A DNA stretch of 47,690 nucleotides from contig JBEBVQ010000001.1 of the NCBI GenBank assembly GCA_040392625.1, forward strand, positions 1 through 47,690, given 5' to 3'. Source of the DNA: Taibaiella soli (GTDB lineage: Bacteria > Bacteroidota > Bacteroidia > Chitinophagales > Chitinophagaceae). This document shows positions 25,123-34,135 of the stretch, piece by piece. The position numbers were made by a program, and so were the translations under genes. The notes under the pieces were generated by a model, which saw nothing but the letters and a program-made list of their open reading frames with translations, was not told the origin of the DNA and did no database searches. Positions within the stretch are counted from its first letter, which is position 1. Every line of letters starts with the position of its first letter.

Positions 25123-25905
25123 TTAATCATCCATCGCCCCTGCGATCAGCTCTGCTATATCAAGCACCGCTACATCGTCTTCTTTTTCATGCTTCTTCAC
25201 GCCGTCAACCAGCATGGTTGTACAGAAGGGACAGTTTGCGGCGATGATCGTTGCTCCGGTGTCCAGTGCTTCTTCCGCACGTTCCCAGTTGACGCGGGTA
25301 TTGCCCGGCTCTTCTTCCTTGAACATCTGGGCGCCGCCGGCACCGCAGCACAGGCCGTTGCTCTTGCAGCGCTTCATTTCCACCAGTTCGGCATCCAGCG
25401 CTTCCAGCACTGCACGGGGAGCTTCGAAAACACCATTCCCGCGCCCCATATAGCAACTGTCGTGGTACGTGATCCGTTTCCCTTTAAAGCTGCCGCCTTC
25501 TTTCATCTTGATGCGCCCTTCGTTGATCAGTTCCTGCAGCAGTTGGGTGTGGTGTATCACTTCATAAACACCACCCAGCGCCGGATATTCGTTTTTCAGT
25601 GTGTTAAAGCAATGGGGACAGGTTGTAACGATCTTTTTGATGCCATACCCGTTCAGGGTCTGAATGTTATTATAAGCCATCATCTGGAAGAGGAATTCGT
25701 TGCCGCTGCGCCTTGCCGGGTCGCCGGTGCACATTTCTTCCTTGCCCAGGATGGCAAAGCTTACGCCGGTCTTATCCAGTATGGTGGTAAAGGCTTTGGT
25801 GATCTTTTGCGCCCGCTGATCGAAGCTGCCGGCGCAGCCTACCCAGAAAAGTATATCAGGCATTTCGCCGGAAGCGGCAAATTCTGCCATAGATTTTATC
25901 TGCAT
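25123..25905 (-). CDS. (Fe-S)-binding protein with two CCG domains (HdrD C-terminal-like)
   Basis: 260 aa with WVGCAGSF..CPHCFNTL and CCGAGG..CPFCTTML cysteine patterns (CCG-type repeats). Confidence 0.8.
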   Translation of the reverse strand: MQIKSMAEFAASGEMPDILFWVGCAGSFDQRAQKITKAFTTILDKTGVSFAILGKEEMCTGDPARRSGNEFLFQMMAYNNIQTLNGYGIKKIVTTCPHCFNTLKNEYPALGGVYEVIHHTQLLQELINEGRIKMKEGGSFKGKRITYHDSCYMGRGNGVFEAPRAVLEALDAELVEMKRCKSNGLCCGAGGAQMFKEEEPGNTRVNWERAEEALDTGATIIAANCPFCTTMLVDGVKKHEKEDDVAVLDIAELIAGAMDD

Positions 25906-25939
25906 GTTCGGTTTTCTGCTTGGGTTAACAAAATAATAT

Positions 25940-27274
25940 TTATTGCTGCGCGGCTAATTCTTCTGCCCACTTGTCGCGCTCGTCGGGGCTGAACTTCCAG
26001 GGCGCCATATTGTTCTCGATATTGCTGAACATCAGGTTCCACTCCTGGGGGCTGTTGCTTTCTTCCATCACCAGGTAGCGACGCAGCTGGTATATGATGG
26101 AGAGCGGCTCTATGCCCACGGGGCAAGCCTCTACACAGGCATTGCAGGTAGTGCAGGCCCGCAGTTCTTCTACGGAGATGTAATCGTGGACAAGCGATTT
26201 GCCGTCATCCACGAATGTTTTGTTGACCGAAATATTTTTGCCCACTTCCTCCAGCCGGTCACGGGTGTCCATCATGATCTTGCGCGGAGAGAGTTTTTTA
26301 CCGGTGATATTGGCAGGGCAGGCGGCGGTACAGCGCCCGCATTCCGTACAGGCATAGGCATCCAGAAGGTTTTTCCAGCTAAGGTCCGTCACATCTCTGG
26401 CTCCGAAGCGCTGTTGTGCAGGTTCCCCTTCCGCCGGCGTTGCAGGCGCCAGTTCCGGTTGCATCATGTATAGCACTTCGTTCTGGATGTCTTTCATATT
26501 CTTCAGTTCGCTTTGCGGACGCAGACGGGTGTAATAGGCCGTCGGGAATGCAAGAATGATATGGAAGTGCTTGGAATAGGGGAGATAGTTCAGGAAGAGG
26601 AAGACGCCTATGATGTGCATCCACCAGGCGGTGCGTTCAATGCCGGTCAGCGCTCCGTCGGATAGTCCTGCCATCAGCCCGGTAAAATGTTGTGTGATCC
26701 AGAATGGTTCTGTAGCGGTATAGTGTGCTGCGCCGCGGCTCTGGAGGGTCAGGTCGGCGGTGTTCATGGTGAGGAACAGGCCCATCAGCACGATCTCCGT
26801 AATAAGGATCAGGTTGGCATCGCTGCGTGGCCAGCCGTCAAGCTCTTTCTGGTTGAGGCGGCGGACGTTCAGCACGTTACGCCGTATCAGGAAGATTACG
26901 CAACTGATCAGCACCAGTGCTGCCAGTATCTCAAAAAAGCCGATCAGCCAACTGTAAAAGCTCCCCAGTACCGGCGCAAAAAGCCGGTGCTGGTTAAAGA
27001 TCCCGTCAAGCACAATCTCGAGCATTTCGATATTGATGATGATAAAACCGGCATATACAGCGAGGTGCAGCAGGGCCGGTATGGGTTTTTTGAACATCTT
27101 CTTCTGGCCGAGCGCGAGCAATATCACATTTTTAATGCGTTTGCCGGGATTGTCAGACAAGTCTTCTTCCCGCCCCAGCCGGATATTCCGGCGGATGCTG
27201 CCTGTTTTCTTTGCGAAAAAATAAAGTGCAACCGCAGCGCAAATAATGAACAGTATTTGCTGAAGAATGGCCAT
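25940..27274 (-). CDS. membrane-anchored 2x[4Fe-4S] ferredoxin-domain protein (NarI/DsrM-like TM domain fused to an HdrD N-terminal-like domain)
   Basis: 444 aa with ~5-6 N-terminal TM helices containing conserved His (HLAVYAGF, WMHIIGVF, KHFHIILAF). These are followed by CTECGRCTAACP and CTTCNACVEACP. Confidence 0.75.
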   Translation of the reverse strand: MAILQQILFIICAAVALYFFAKKTGSIRRNIRLGREEDLSDNPGKRIKNVILLALGQKKMFKKPIPALLHLAVYAGFIIINIEMLEIVLDGIFNQHRLFAPVLGSFYSWLIGFFEILAALVLISCVIFLIRRNVLNVRRLNQKELDGWPRSDANLILITEIVLMGLFLTMNTADLTLQSRGAAHYTATEPFWITQHFTGLMAGLSDGALTGIERTAWWMHIIGVFLFLNYLPYSKHFHIILAFPTAYYTRLRPQSELKNMKDIQNEVLYMMQPELAPATPAEGEPAQQRFGARDVTDLSWKNLLDAYACTECGRCTAACPANITGKKLSPRKIMMDTRDRLEEVGKNISVNKTFVDDGKSLVHDYISVEELRACTTCNACVEACPVGIEPLSIIYQLRRYLVMEESNSPQEWNLMFSNIENNMAPWKFSPDERDKWAEELAAQQ

Positions 27275-27321
27275 GAAAAATGGGTTTGAAGCCCGAAAGT
27301 AGCAGGTTTTGCGCTAAAAAC

Positions 27322-27424
27322 CATCATTTTAATTAGCTAATGTGATAATTAGCTGATGTGCTAATGACCCCTCGCGACAGATATTAGCTAATCAGCACAT
27401 TGGCTGATTAGCTACTTAAAATGA
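27322..27424 (-). repeat. family A element, copy A3
   Basis: Outer arms TCATTTTAA/TTAAAATGA. Core 27348-27395 contains the TCGCGA-bearing loop. The whole segment can fold as one long imperfect hairpin. Confidence 0.85.
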
Positions 27425-27436
27425 TCCTTTTAACGA

Positions 27437-27465
27437 GGCAATTTGAAAATTTGAGCATGAAATGA
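27437..27465 (+). repeat. family C repeat (GCAATTTGAAAATTTGAG)
   Basis: Contains the reverse complement of the 25085 13-mer. Lies directly after family A copy A3. Confidence 0.65.
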
Positions 27466-27595
27466 GCCTAAAGCATCAACTGCACTTTGTAACGCGATCC
27501 TGTTGCTGTAAAACATAACTTTAAGTTTATTTTCATTTTTCAAAATATAATTAGATATTTGCTCTGATGATCCATCGTTGTTTGTAACGATTATT

Positions 27596-27603
27596 TACCT
27601 TTG
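27596..27603 (+). promoter_or_regulatory. -7 box TACCTTTG (WecA-like transferase gene)
   Basis: Only 8 nt separate the box from ATG 27612, which implies a leaderless or near-leaderless mRNA. Confidence 0.45.
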
Positions 27604-27611
27604 CTTTCACC

Positions 27612-28841
27612 ATGGATATTCTGATCCCTTCCCCTGTGCTTTTATGTATATCAGCAGGCATCCTTTCTTTCTTTTTAAGTATTATATCCATACCGCGGAT
27701 TATATACATAGCAAAAAGAAAAAGGCTGTTTGATATCCCCGATAACCGGAGGAAAGTGCATACGCATATCATCCCCCGGCTCGGCGGGGTTGCGATCTTT
27801 TTTGCATTTATGATCAGTACGGCATTATTCATTGATCCGTCATCATTTACTCATTGGAATTATTACAGTGCGGCAGCGCTGATCTTGTTTATTATTGGTA
27901 TTAAAGATGATCTTGTCGGTCTTCCCCCGCTCAAAAAGCTTATGGCGCAGGTAGTGGCTGCAGGAATTGTGGTTTATCTTGCTGATATCCGCCTTACTTC
28001 CCTGTATGGCTTCCTGGGCATTTATGAATTGCCTTATGCACTGAGCGTTTTTTTCTCCGTAACGGGCTGTGTGTTTATCACTAACGCGTTCAACCTGATT
28101 GACGGTATTGATGGTCTGGCAGGCTCTATAAGCGTATTGTCTTCTTTGCTGTTTGGTCTGCTGCTGTTCATGACGGGCAACTTCAGCGGGGCTGTAATAT
28201 CTTTCAGTCTGATGGGGGCTGTGGTCGGATTTCTCCGCTATAATATTTCTCCTGCCCGGATATTTATGGGAGATACAGGCGCTATGCTGATCGGATTCCC
28301 GATTGCTGTCACCGCGATCCTGTTTGTCCGGTCTTTCGATGCGGCTACCGATGCTTCGGTCTCTGCGCTGATCGACAGCTCACAAGGAGCATTGCTGCTT
28401 GCACTTTCCATATTGTTCATACCTGTGTTCGATACCCTCCGGGTTTTCACCACCCGTCTGATGAAAGGACGCTCACCTTTTAGTGCCGACCGGACACATC
28501 TGCATCATTATCTGCTTGACCTGGGATGCTCACATAAACGTACGGTGGTAGTACTTTTATCTGCCAATATACTGATCATATCAGTTTCGCTGATGATGCA
28601 GCATTACAACCTGAACCTGGGGGTAGCTGTACTCTTTTTTGTAGCTTTCGGATTATTTACCATTATGTATATGCTGCGTCGCAGGTTATATGCCATGCAG
28701 CACAAACAAGCCGCCGCTATACAGACCAACACTGTTGCCGCACAACCGGATGAAAATGAGCAATCTGCCCCTGCACTGAATGGGAGCATTACCGTAAAAG
28801 GGAAAAAGATAACACTGGAAGAATTAAGAATTGAAAATTGA
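27612..28841 (+). CDS. MraY/WecA-family polyprenyl-phosphate N-acetylhexosamine-1-phosphate transferase
   Basis: 409 aa, polytopic, with DIPDNRRKVH, NAFNLIDGIDGLA and FMGDTGAM motifs. The stop codon lies inside a hairpin arm. Confidence 0.85.
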   Translation: MDILIPSPVLLCISAGILSFFLSIISIPRIIYIAKRKRLFDIPDNRRKVHTHIIPRLGGVAIFFAFMISTALFIDPSSFTHWNYYSAAALILFIIGIKDDLVGLPPLKKLMAQVVAAGIVVYLADIRLTSLYGFLGIYELPYALSVFFSVTGCVFITNAFNLIDGIDGLAGSISVLSSLLFGLLLFMTGNFSGAVISFSLMGAVVGFLRYNISPARIFMGDTGAMLIGFPIAVTAILFVRSFDAATDASVSALIDSSQGALLLALSILFIPVFDTLRVFTTRLMKGRSPFSADRTHLHHYLLDLGCSHKRTVVVLLSANILIISVSLMMQHYNLNLGVAVLFFVAFGLFTIMYMLRRRLYAMQHKQAAAIQTNTVAAQPDENEQSAPALNGSITVKGKKITLEELRIEN

Positions 28842-28904
28842 GAATGGAGAATTGAAAATGAAGTGTAGTTTTTTCATTTTCAACTTTCAATTCTCAATTT
28901 TCAA
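28831..28904. repeat. family C long imperfect hairpin (32-nt arms, 29/32 paired); likely bidirectional terminator
   Basis: 28831-28862 pairs with 28873-28904. The stop codons of both convergent genes (28839-28841 and 28894-28896) lie inside the arms. Confidence 0.85.
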
Positions 28905-30168
28905 CTACATAACTCCCCGCTTGGTAGCGATAAAGATATAAGTGCCTGTTTTCATTATAGAGCAGATCATTGTGCTCATCCCGTGCCTGGCGGATATCAT
29001 ATTTTGTATAAACAGCCGTGTTATAACCACTCATCCGGGGGTTGAAGACCGTTCCGAACTTACTGAGCAGGCCGGCGTACCATAAAAAAGTTTCGTATCC
29101 CCTGAATACCCATTCATTGGGTGTGCCGCCATATGTTTCCCCGTAGCGCTCAGCCAACGCAGACCCCGAAGCCGTAGTGTGATCGAAATGGAACGGTGTC
29201 GTAAAGCTGAAAGCTATATTGATGAATTCCTCTGTCCTTTTAAAAAACGCACGGTTATTCCACGTCGGCATGCCGAAAACCTCAAAGCGGTAGTCGGGAA
29301 GGACTTCTCTCAACTGCTCCAGCAGGGAAGCTGCATAGTCCGTATTAAGCACCGGCATAATGATCACATTGGTCTCTGTGCTGTCAAACAACTGTTTGAG
29401 TCTTGCGGGGGACGGCAGTTTGTCGCAGGCGATCACCTCGTATCGTTCCTCTTCATCAGCAGTGATCAGGCGGTAGGCCGTTTCATCAACCTCCGCTGTA
29501 CTGCGCCGGTAAATGAACAGCCTGTTCCTGGGGAATTTCTTTCTTGCGAATGTACGGATCTTGTCGCAGTGCGTATGGAGTGTTGGCTGCAGCAGGGTAA
29601 AATAAGGGTTGTTGCTGATCCCTCCGTCTGACGGAGACAGCACGGAAATGAAATTAACCTGTTTTTTCTGAGCAAAATTTGCCAGCGCTGTCACATCAGA
29701 TGAGGTGACGATGCCGATCAAAAGATCTGATGACGCCAGTGTTTTATTCTGGATCAGTTGGGTGACGGAAGTGCGGGGGCCGGTGATGTCGTGGACATAT
29801 ACATCGATCTTATGCCGGGATTCATCAATGGTGTCTGCCGCCAGCTTCATCCCCTCATAGAAAGATATGCCCGCCAGCGCTTTTACAGGCACCTTGTTGC
29901 GGAAGGTGGTGGAATTCCCCTTTACCAGTTCGTCCATATACAAAGGCGCCAGCACATCGATACGATAGCGTTCTTTTTTTACTGTCGGAGGATAAACGGC
30001 AGAATGCTCTTTTACCGTTTTAGTTGCCGGGGTTTCTGTTTCTGATTTTTTATCGGATCCGGATCTTTCCCTTTTGAAAAGCTTTTTAAATATCTGCCCC
30101 GAAGCGTCTCCCGGTGTTCCCGGAAGAAAGATCCCTAAAAGGCAGATAAATATCAGAAAGCGTTTCAT
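28894..30168 (-). CDS. secreted hypothetical protein, possibly type-I periplasmic-binding-fold (LivK-like)
   Basis: 424 aa with a signal peptide. The alternating alpha/beta pattern with LLIGIVTSSD and VIIMPVL stretches suggests a PBP1-like fold. Function is not established. Confidence 0.35.
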   Translation of the reverse strand: MKRFLIFICLLGIFLPGTPGDASGQIFKKLFKRERSGSDKKSETETPATKTVKEHSAVYPPTVKKERYRIDVLAPLYMDELVKGNSTTFRNKVPVKALAGISFYEGMKLAADTIDESRHKIDVYVHDITGPRTSVTQLIQNKTLASSDLLIGIVTSSDVTALANFAQKKQVNFISVLSPSDGGISNNPYFTLLQPTLHTHCDKIRTFARKKFPRNRLFIYRRSTAEVDETAYRLITADEEERYEVIACDKLPSPARLKQLFDSTETNVIIMPVLNTDYAASLLEQLREVLPDYRFEVFGMPTWNNRAFFKRTEEFINIAFSFTTPFHFDHTTASGSALAERYGETYGGTPNEWVFRGYETFLWYAGLLSKFGTVFNPRMSGYNTAVYTKYDIRQARDEHNDLLYNENRHLYLYRYQAGSYVVEN

Positions 30169-30203
30169 ACTGCATACCGTTTTAAGAAATTCTGCATTTC
30201 ATA

Positions 30204-31742
30204 CTACTCCCATTCGATCGTAGCAGGCGGCTTCGAGCTGATGTCGTACACTACGCGGTTGATACCATGCACGCGGTTGATAATATCATTGGATATTTTC
30301 CCGAGCAATTCATAAGGTAAATGTGCCCAGTCTGCCGTCATGCCATCCACGGACGTTACGGCCCGGAGCGCTACGGTATATTCATACGTACGCTCATCGC
30401 CCATGACCCCTACGCTTTGTACTGGCAGCAGGATAGCGCCCGCCTGCCATACCTGGTCATACATGCCGCTGTCGCGGAGATGTTGGATGTAGATGGCGTC
30501 TGCTTCCTGGAGCATCAGCGCTTTTTCTTCCGATACGGCGCCGAGTATGCGGATCCCCAATCCCGGCCCCGGGAACGGATGGCGGGAGAGGAATATATTG
30601 TCGATCCCCAGCTCGCGTCCTACTCTGCGCACCTCATCCTTAAACAGGAAACGGAGCGGCTCTACCAGCTCCATCTGCATGATCTCCGGCAGGCCGCCTA
30701 CGTTATGATGCGATTTGATGGTAACCGAAGGACCATGTACAGACACAGATTCTATTACATCGGGATAGATGGTACCCTGACCCAGGAAACCGACTTGCTG
30801 AATATGCGTAGCTTCTTCCTGGAATACGTCAATAAACAGCCGCCCGATCGTTTTCCTTTTCCGTTCGGGATCAGAGATTCCTTCCAGCGCCTTATAAAAA
30901 CGCTGCCGCGCGTCTATACCTTTGGTATTAAGGCCCAGATGCCGGTAACCGTCCAATACCTGGGTAAATTCATTTTTGCGCAGCAGGCCGTTATCAACGA
31001 AAATACAATAGAGGTTGGGCCCGATAGCGCGGTGTATCAATGTGGCGGCAACCGTGGAGTCCACACCGCCGCTGAGCGCCATCACTACTTTGCCGTCGCC
31101 TACCTGCTCTTTGATCCGGGCGATGGTGTCTTGTATGAATACGGCGGGCGTCCAGTCCTGGCTGCATCCACAGATATCCACAACGAAATTTTTCAGGAGC
31201 TGCTTCCCGTCCGTGCTGTGTGTTACTTCCGGATGGAATTGTATGCCGTACACAGGGTTGGCGGCAAAATCTGCTGCTGCTTTATACGCTGCTACGGGAA
31301 TACTTGCTGTTTGTGCTACTACCTTAAATCCTTCGGGCAACTCCTTCACCGAATCGCTATGGCTCATCCATACCTGGGAGCCTTCGCTGATCGTGGCAAG
31401 CAGCGGGTCTCCGGCGATCTCCTGCAGATGCGCACGGCCGTATTCGCGGTGCGTGGAGCGGCCAACCGTGCCGCCGGATTGTAAGGCTAACAATTGGGCG
31501 CCGTAGCAAATCCCCAGTACCGGCACTTGTCCGGCCATCGCGCGGATGTCCGGCTTCGGCGCATGTTCGTCATTCACTGAGAACGGGCTGCCGGAAAGGA
31601 TGATCCCTTTAAGGCCGGGTTCATACGGTACCGGTTTGGTACAGGGCTGTATTTCGCAGTAAATATTCAGTTCACGGATGCTGCGTGCAATAAGCTGCGT
31701 GTATTGCGAGCCAAAATCGAGGATCAGGATCTTATTGTTCAT
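30204..31742 (-). CDS. guaA: glutamine-hydrolysing GMP synthase
   Basis: [37 protein letters not shown] and C-terminal [11 protein letters not shown] 31742 chosen, because the longer ORF overlaps the upstream gene. Confidence 0.95.
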   Translation of the reverse strand: MNNKILILDFGSQYTQLIARSIRELNIYCEIQPCTKPVPYEPGLKGIILSGSPFSVNDEHAPKPDIRAMAGQVPVLGICYGAQLLALQSGGTVGRSTHREYGRAHLQEIAGDPLLATISEGSQVWMSHSDSVKELPEGFKVVAQTASIPVAAYKAAADFAANPVYGIQFHPEVTHSTDGKQLLKNFVVDICGCSQDWTPAVFIQDTIARIKEQVGDGKVVMALSGGVDSTVAATLIHRAIGPNLYCIFVDNGLLRKNEFTQVLDGYRHLGLNTKGIDARQRFYKALEGISDPERKRKTIGRLFIDVFQEEATHIQQVGFLGQGTIYPDVIESVSVHGPSVTIKSHHNVGGLPEIMQMELVEPLRFLFKDEVRRVGRELGIDNIFLSRHPFPGPGLGIRILGAVSEEKALMLQEADAIYIQHLRDSGMYDQVWQAGAILLPVQSVGVMGDERTYEYTVALRAVTSVDGMTADWAHLPYELLGKISNDIINRVHGINRVVYDISSKPPATIEWE

Positions 31743-31764
31743 GCCGATATCAGAGTAAATACAA

Positions 31765-32088
31765 TTATGCCTGGCCCGTAGTGCCTCCGAATGTGAAAGG
31801 CATAGTAACGGTTTCCTGGTCTTTGATCGTGCCGTGCGTAGCTTCAAAACGCTTCACGTTGTCGATCAGCGCCCGCATCAGGCGTTTGGCGTGCTGCGGG
31901 GTCATTACGATGCGCGATTTGACCTTGGCCTTCGGCACGTTAGGCATTACGTTTACGAAGTCAAGCACAAATTCTGCAAAAGAATGTGTGATAATCGCCA
32001 GATTGGCATACGTGCCATCAGCCATTTCTTCCGATAATTCTATATTTAACTGTTGCTCCTGTTGCGGTTCCTGTTCCATATTGATCAC
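31765..32088 (-). CDS. DUF3467-domain protein
   Basis: 107 aa. [18 protein letters not shown]....[20 protein letters not shown] is the pattern I recall for DUF3467. Confidence 0.7.
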   Translation of the reverse strand: MINMEQEPQQEQQLNIELSEEMADGTYANLAIITHSFAEFVLDFVNVMPNVPKAKVKSRIVMTPQHAKRLMRALIDNVKRFEATHGTIKDQETVTMPFTFGGTTGQA

Positions 32089-32174
32089 TTGTATCTGGTT
32101 GCGAAATTAGTGAAAAACGGGAAACTATATCCGATACGGCTCATTATGTTTATCTTGCACTGCCAAACCGGAAC

Positions 32175-33173
32175 ATGAAACCCATTCAGTCTCTTTTACC
32201 ACTCCTGGAAGTTCCCCGAAATATTGTTATTACGACACACTACAAGCCGGACGGCGATGCTGTCGGGAGCTTACTGGCGCTTTATCACTACCTGACCCGG
32301 AAGCAGCACCGGGTAACCGCGGTTGTGCCGAGTGAAGTACCCCGGTTCCTCGACTGGATGCCCGGTACGGATGCAATAATAAATTACGAATCAGCTACTT
32401 CCCGTACCCAGGCAGCGATCAAAGAGGCCGATATTATTTTCTGCCTTGACTTCAATGTATTCACCCGGGTGCAAAAGATGGAAGCGAGCCTGTCGGAAGC
32501 CGGCGCGGTCAAGGTGGTGATCGACCACCATATGTTTCCTGCTCCGGTGTGGGACTATGGCGTCAGCGAGCCGGATAAAAGCAGTACCTGCGAGATGGTC
32601 TATGATTTTATCCGGCAGAGTGGCGACCTTGAAATGATCGACCCGGACATTGCCGCCTGCCTGTACACGGGAGTGATGACGGATACCGGCTCCTTCCGTT
32701 TCCCCGCAACGACGGCCAGTGTGCATGATATGGTGGCGGAGCTGAAACGCCGGGGATTGGAGCATACCCACATTCACGAGGCTGTATATGATTCATGGTC
32801 TGTGGACAGAATGCGCTTCATCGGGTATATGCTGATCGAGCGTATGGAGATATTCCCTCAGTGGCAGGCCGGGCTGGTGACGGTTGCGCGGAAAGATCTG
32901 CAGTTGTTTTCACTGGGCCCGGGCGATACGGAGGGGCTGGTCAACTATCCTTTAAGCATTGGCGGCATACGTTTTGCCACCCTGATCACGGAGCGCGGCG
33001 ACGATATAAGGCTGTCTTTCCGGAGTAAAGGCGATTTTGATGTAAATGCTTTTGCACGGGAATATTTCAATGGCGGCGGGCATTTTAATGCCTCCGGCGG
33101 CCGGTCGTCGCAGAGTTTTTCTGACACGATCGCTCATTTTAAGAAAATTTTGTCCGATATTCACCCCCGCTAA
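32175..33173 (+). CDS. nrnA: DHH-family phosphoesterase (oligoribonuclease / pAp phosphatase NrnA-like)
   Basis: 332 aa with ITTHYKPDGDAVGS, DHH (VIDHH), the DHHA1 motif GGGH and TDTGSFRF. Confidence 0.85.
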   Translation: MKPIQSLLPLLEVPRNIVITTHYKPDGDAVGSLLALYHYLTRKQHRVTAVVPSEVPRFLDWMPGTDAIINYESATSRTQAAIKEADIIFCLDFNVFTRVQKMEASLSEAGAVKVVIDHHMFPAPVWDYGVSEPDKSSTCEMVYDFIRQSGDLEMIDPDIAACLYTGVMTDTGSFRFPATTASVHDMVAELKRRGLEHTHIHEAVYDSWSVDRMRFIGYMLIERMEIFPQWQAGLVTVARKDLQLFSLGPGDTEGLVNYPLSIGGIRFATLITERGDDIRLSFRSKGDFDVNAFAREYFNGGGHFNASGGRSSQSFSDTIAHFKKILSDIHPR

Positions 33174-33182
33174 CTAAAACAT

Positions 33183-34073
33183 ATGAATAAACGTAGTATC
33201 CCCATTGCCCTTTTGGGAATGAGTTTCCTGTATCTGAATGCCTGTAACTCAGGCGATGGCTTTAAAACAACAAAGGACGGACTGGAGTACCGGATCGTAA
33301 AAGACAATCCCGGTGATCAGCATCCGGCAATCGGCGATCTGCTGGAAATGCACATTACTACCCGCGTTGGCGACAGCGTCTTGTTCGACAGCCGTAAGCT
33401 GAATAACGACCAGCCCGTGCAATTCCCGCTGGCGGAGCCTGCGTTCCGCGGCGATATTTCTGAAGGGTTTACTTTGCTGACACCCGGGGACAGCGCCGTA
33501 TTCCGCGTTTCCCTTGATTCTGTAAAAAATGCCGGTGCGCAATTGCTGCCCTGGATGAAGCCTTCGGATAAATTCCAATACGAAGTATTGCTGGTTTCCG
33601 TAAAATCACAGCAGGCTGCCATGCAGGAAATGGAGGCCCAGGCTGCACAGCAGAAAGAAACGGATGAGCAAGTGCTGCAGGAATATTTTACCCAGAATGG
33701 TCTGAAACCCGTCAAAACAGCCAGCGGCCTGTATTACCAGATCGAAAAAGAAGGTACCGGCAACACGGCACAGCCCGGGCAGCAGGTGACGGTAAACTAT
33801 ACCGGACGCACGCTGGACGGCAATGCATTTGATTCAAACGTGGATCCGAAATTCAACCATGTAGAGCCGTTTACCTTCCCGCTGGGGCAGGGCGCCGTGA
33901 TCCCGGGATGGGATGAAGGTGTTGCTTTACTGAAAAAAGGAAGCAAGGCAAAGTTGTTTATCCCTTCGCCGCTGGCTTACGGAGCGCAAAGTCCCGGACC
34001 CGAGATCCCGGCGAATTCGATCCTTGTTTTTGATATAGAGGTAACCGATATAAAAACGGCTGACAATAAATAA
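33183..34073 (+). CDS. FKBP-type peptidyl-prolyl cis-trans isomerase (lipoprotein)
   Basis: 296 aa with lipobox YLNAC and a C-terminal FKBP domain (VNYTGRTLDGNAFDSN..FPLGQGAVIPGWDEG..LFIPSPLAYG). Confidence 0.88.
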   Translation: MNKRSIPIALLGMSFLYLNACNSGDGFKTTKDGLEYRIVKDNPGDQHPAIGDLLEMHITTRVGDSVLFDSRKLNNDQPVQFPLAEPAFRGDISEGFTLLTPGDSAVFRVSLDSVKNAGAQLLPWMKPSDKFQYEVLLVSVKSQQAAMQEMEAQAAQQKETDEQVLQEYFTQNGLKPVKTASGLYYQIEKEGTGNTAQPGQQVTVNYTGRTLDGNAFDSNVDPKFNHVEPFTFPLGQGAVIPGWDEGVALLKKGSKAKLFIPSPLAYGAQSPGPEIPANSILVFDIEVTDIKTADNK

Positions 34074-34081
34074 TAAATATT

Positions 34082-34109
34082 GGCTTCCTGTGTACCAGCA
34101 CAGGAAGCC
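34082..34109 (+). terminator. hairpin between the two FKBP genes
   Basis: GGCTTCCTGTG / CACAGGAAGCC, an 11-bp stem with a 6-nt loop. No T-run. Confidence 0.5.
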
Positions 34110-34135
34110 CATTAATAAAATATACACTTATGCAT

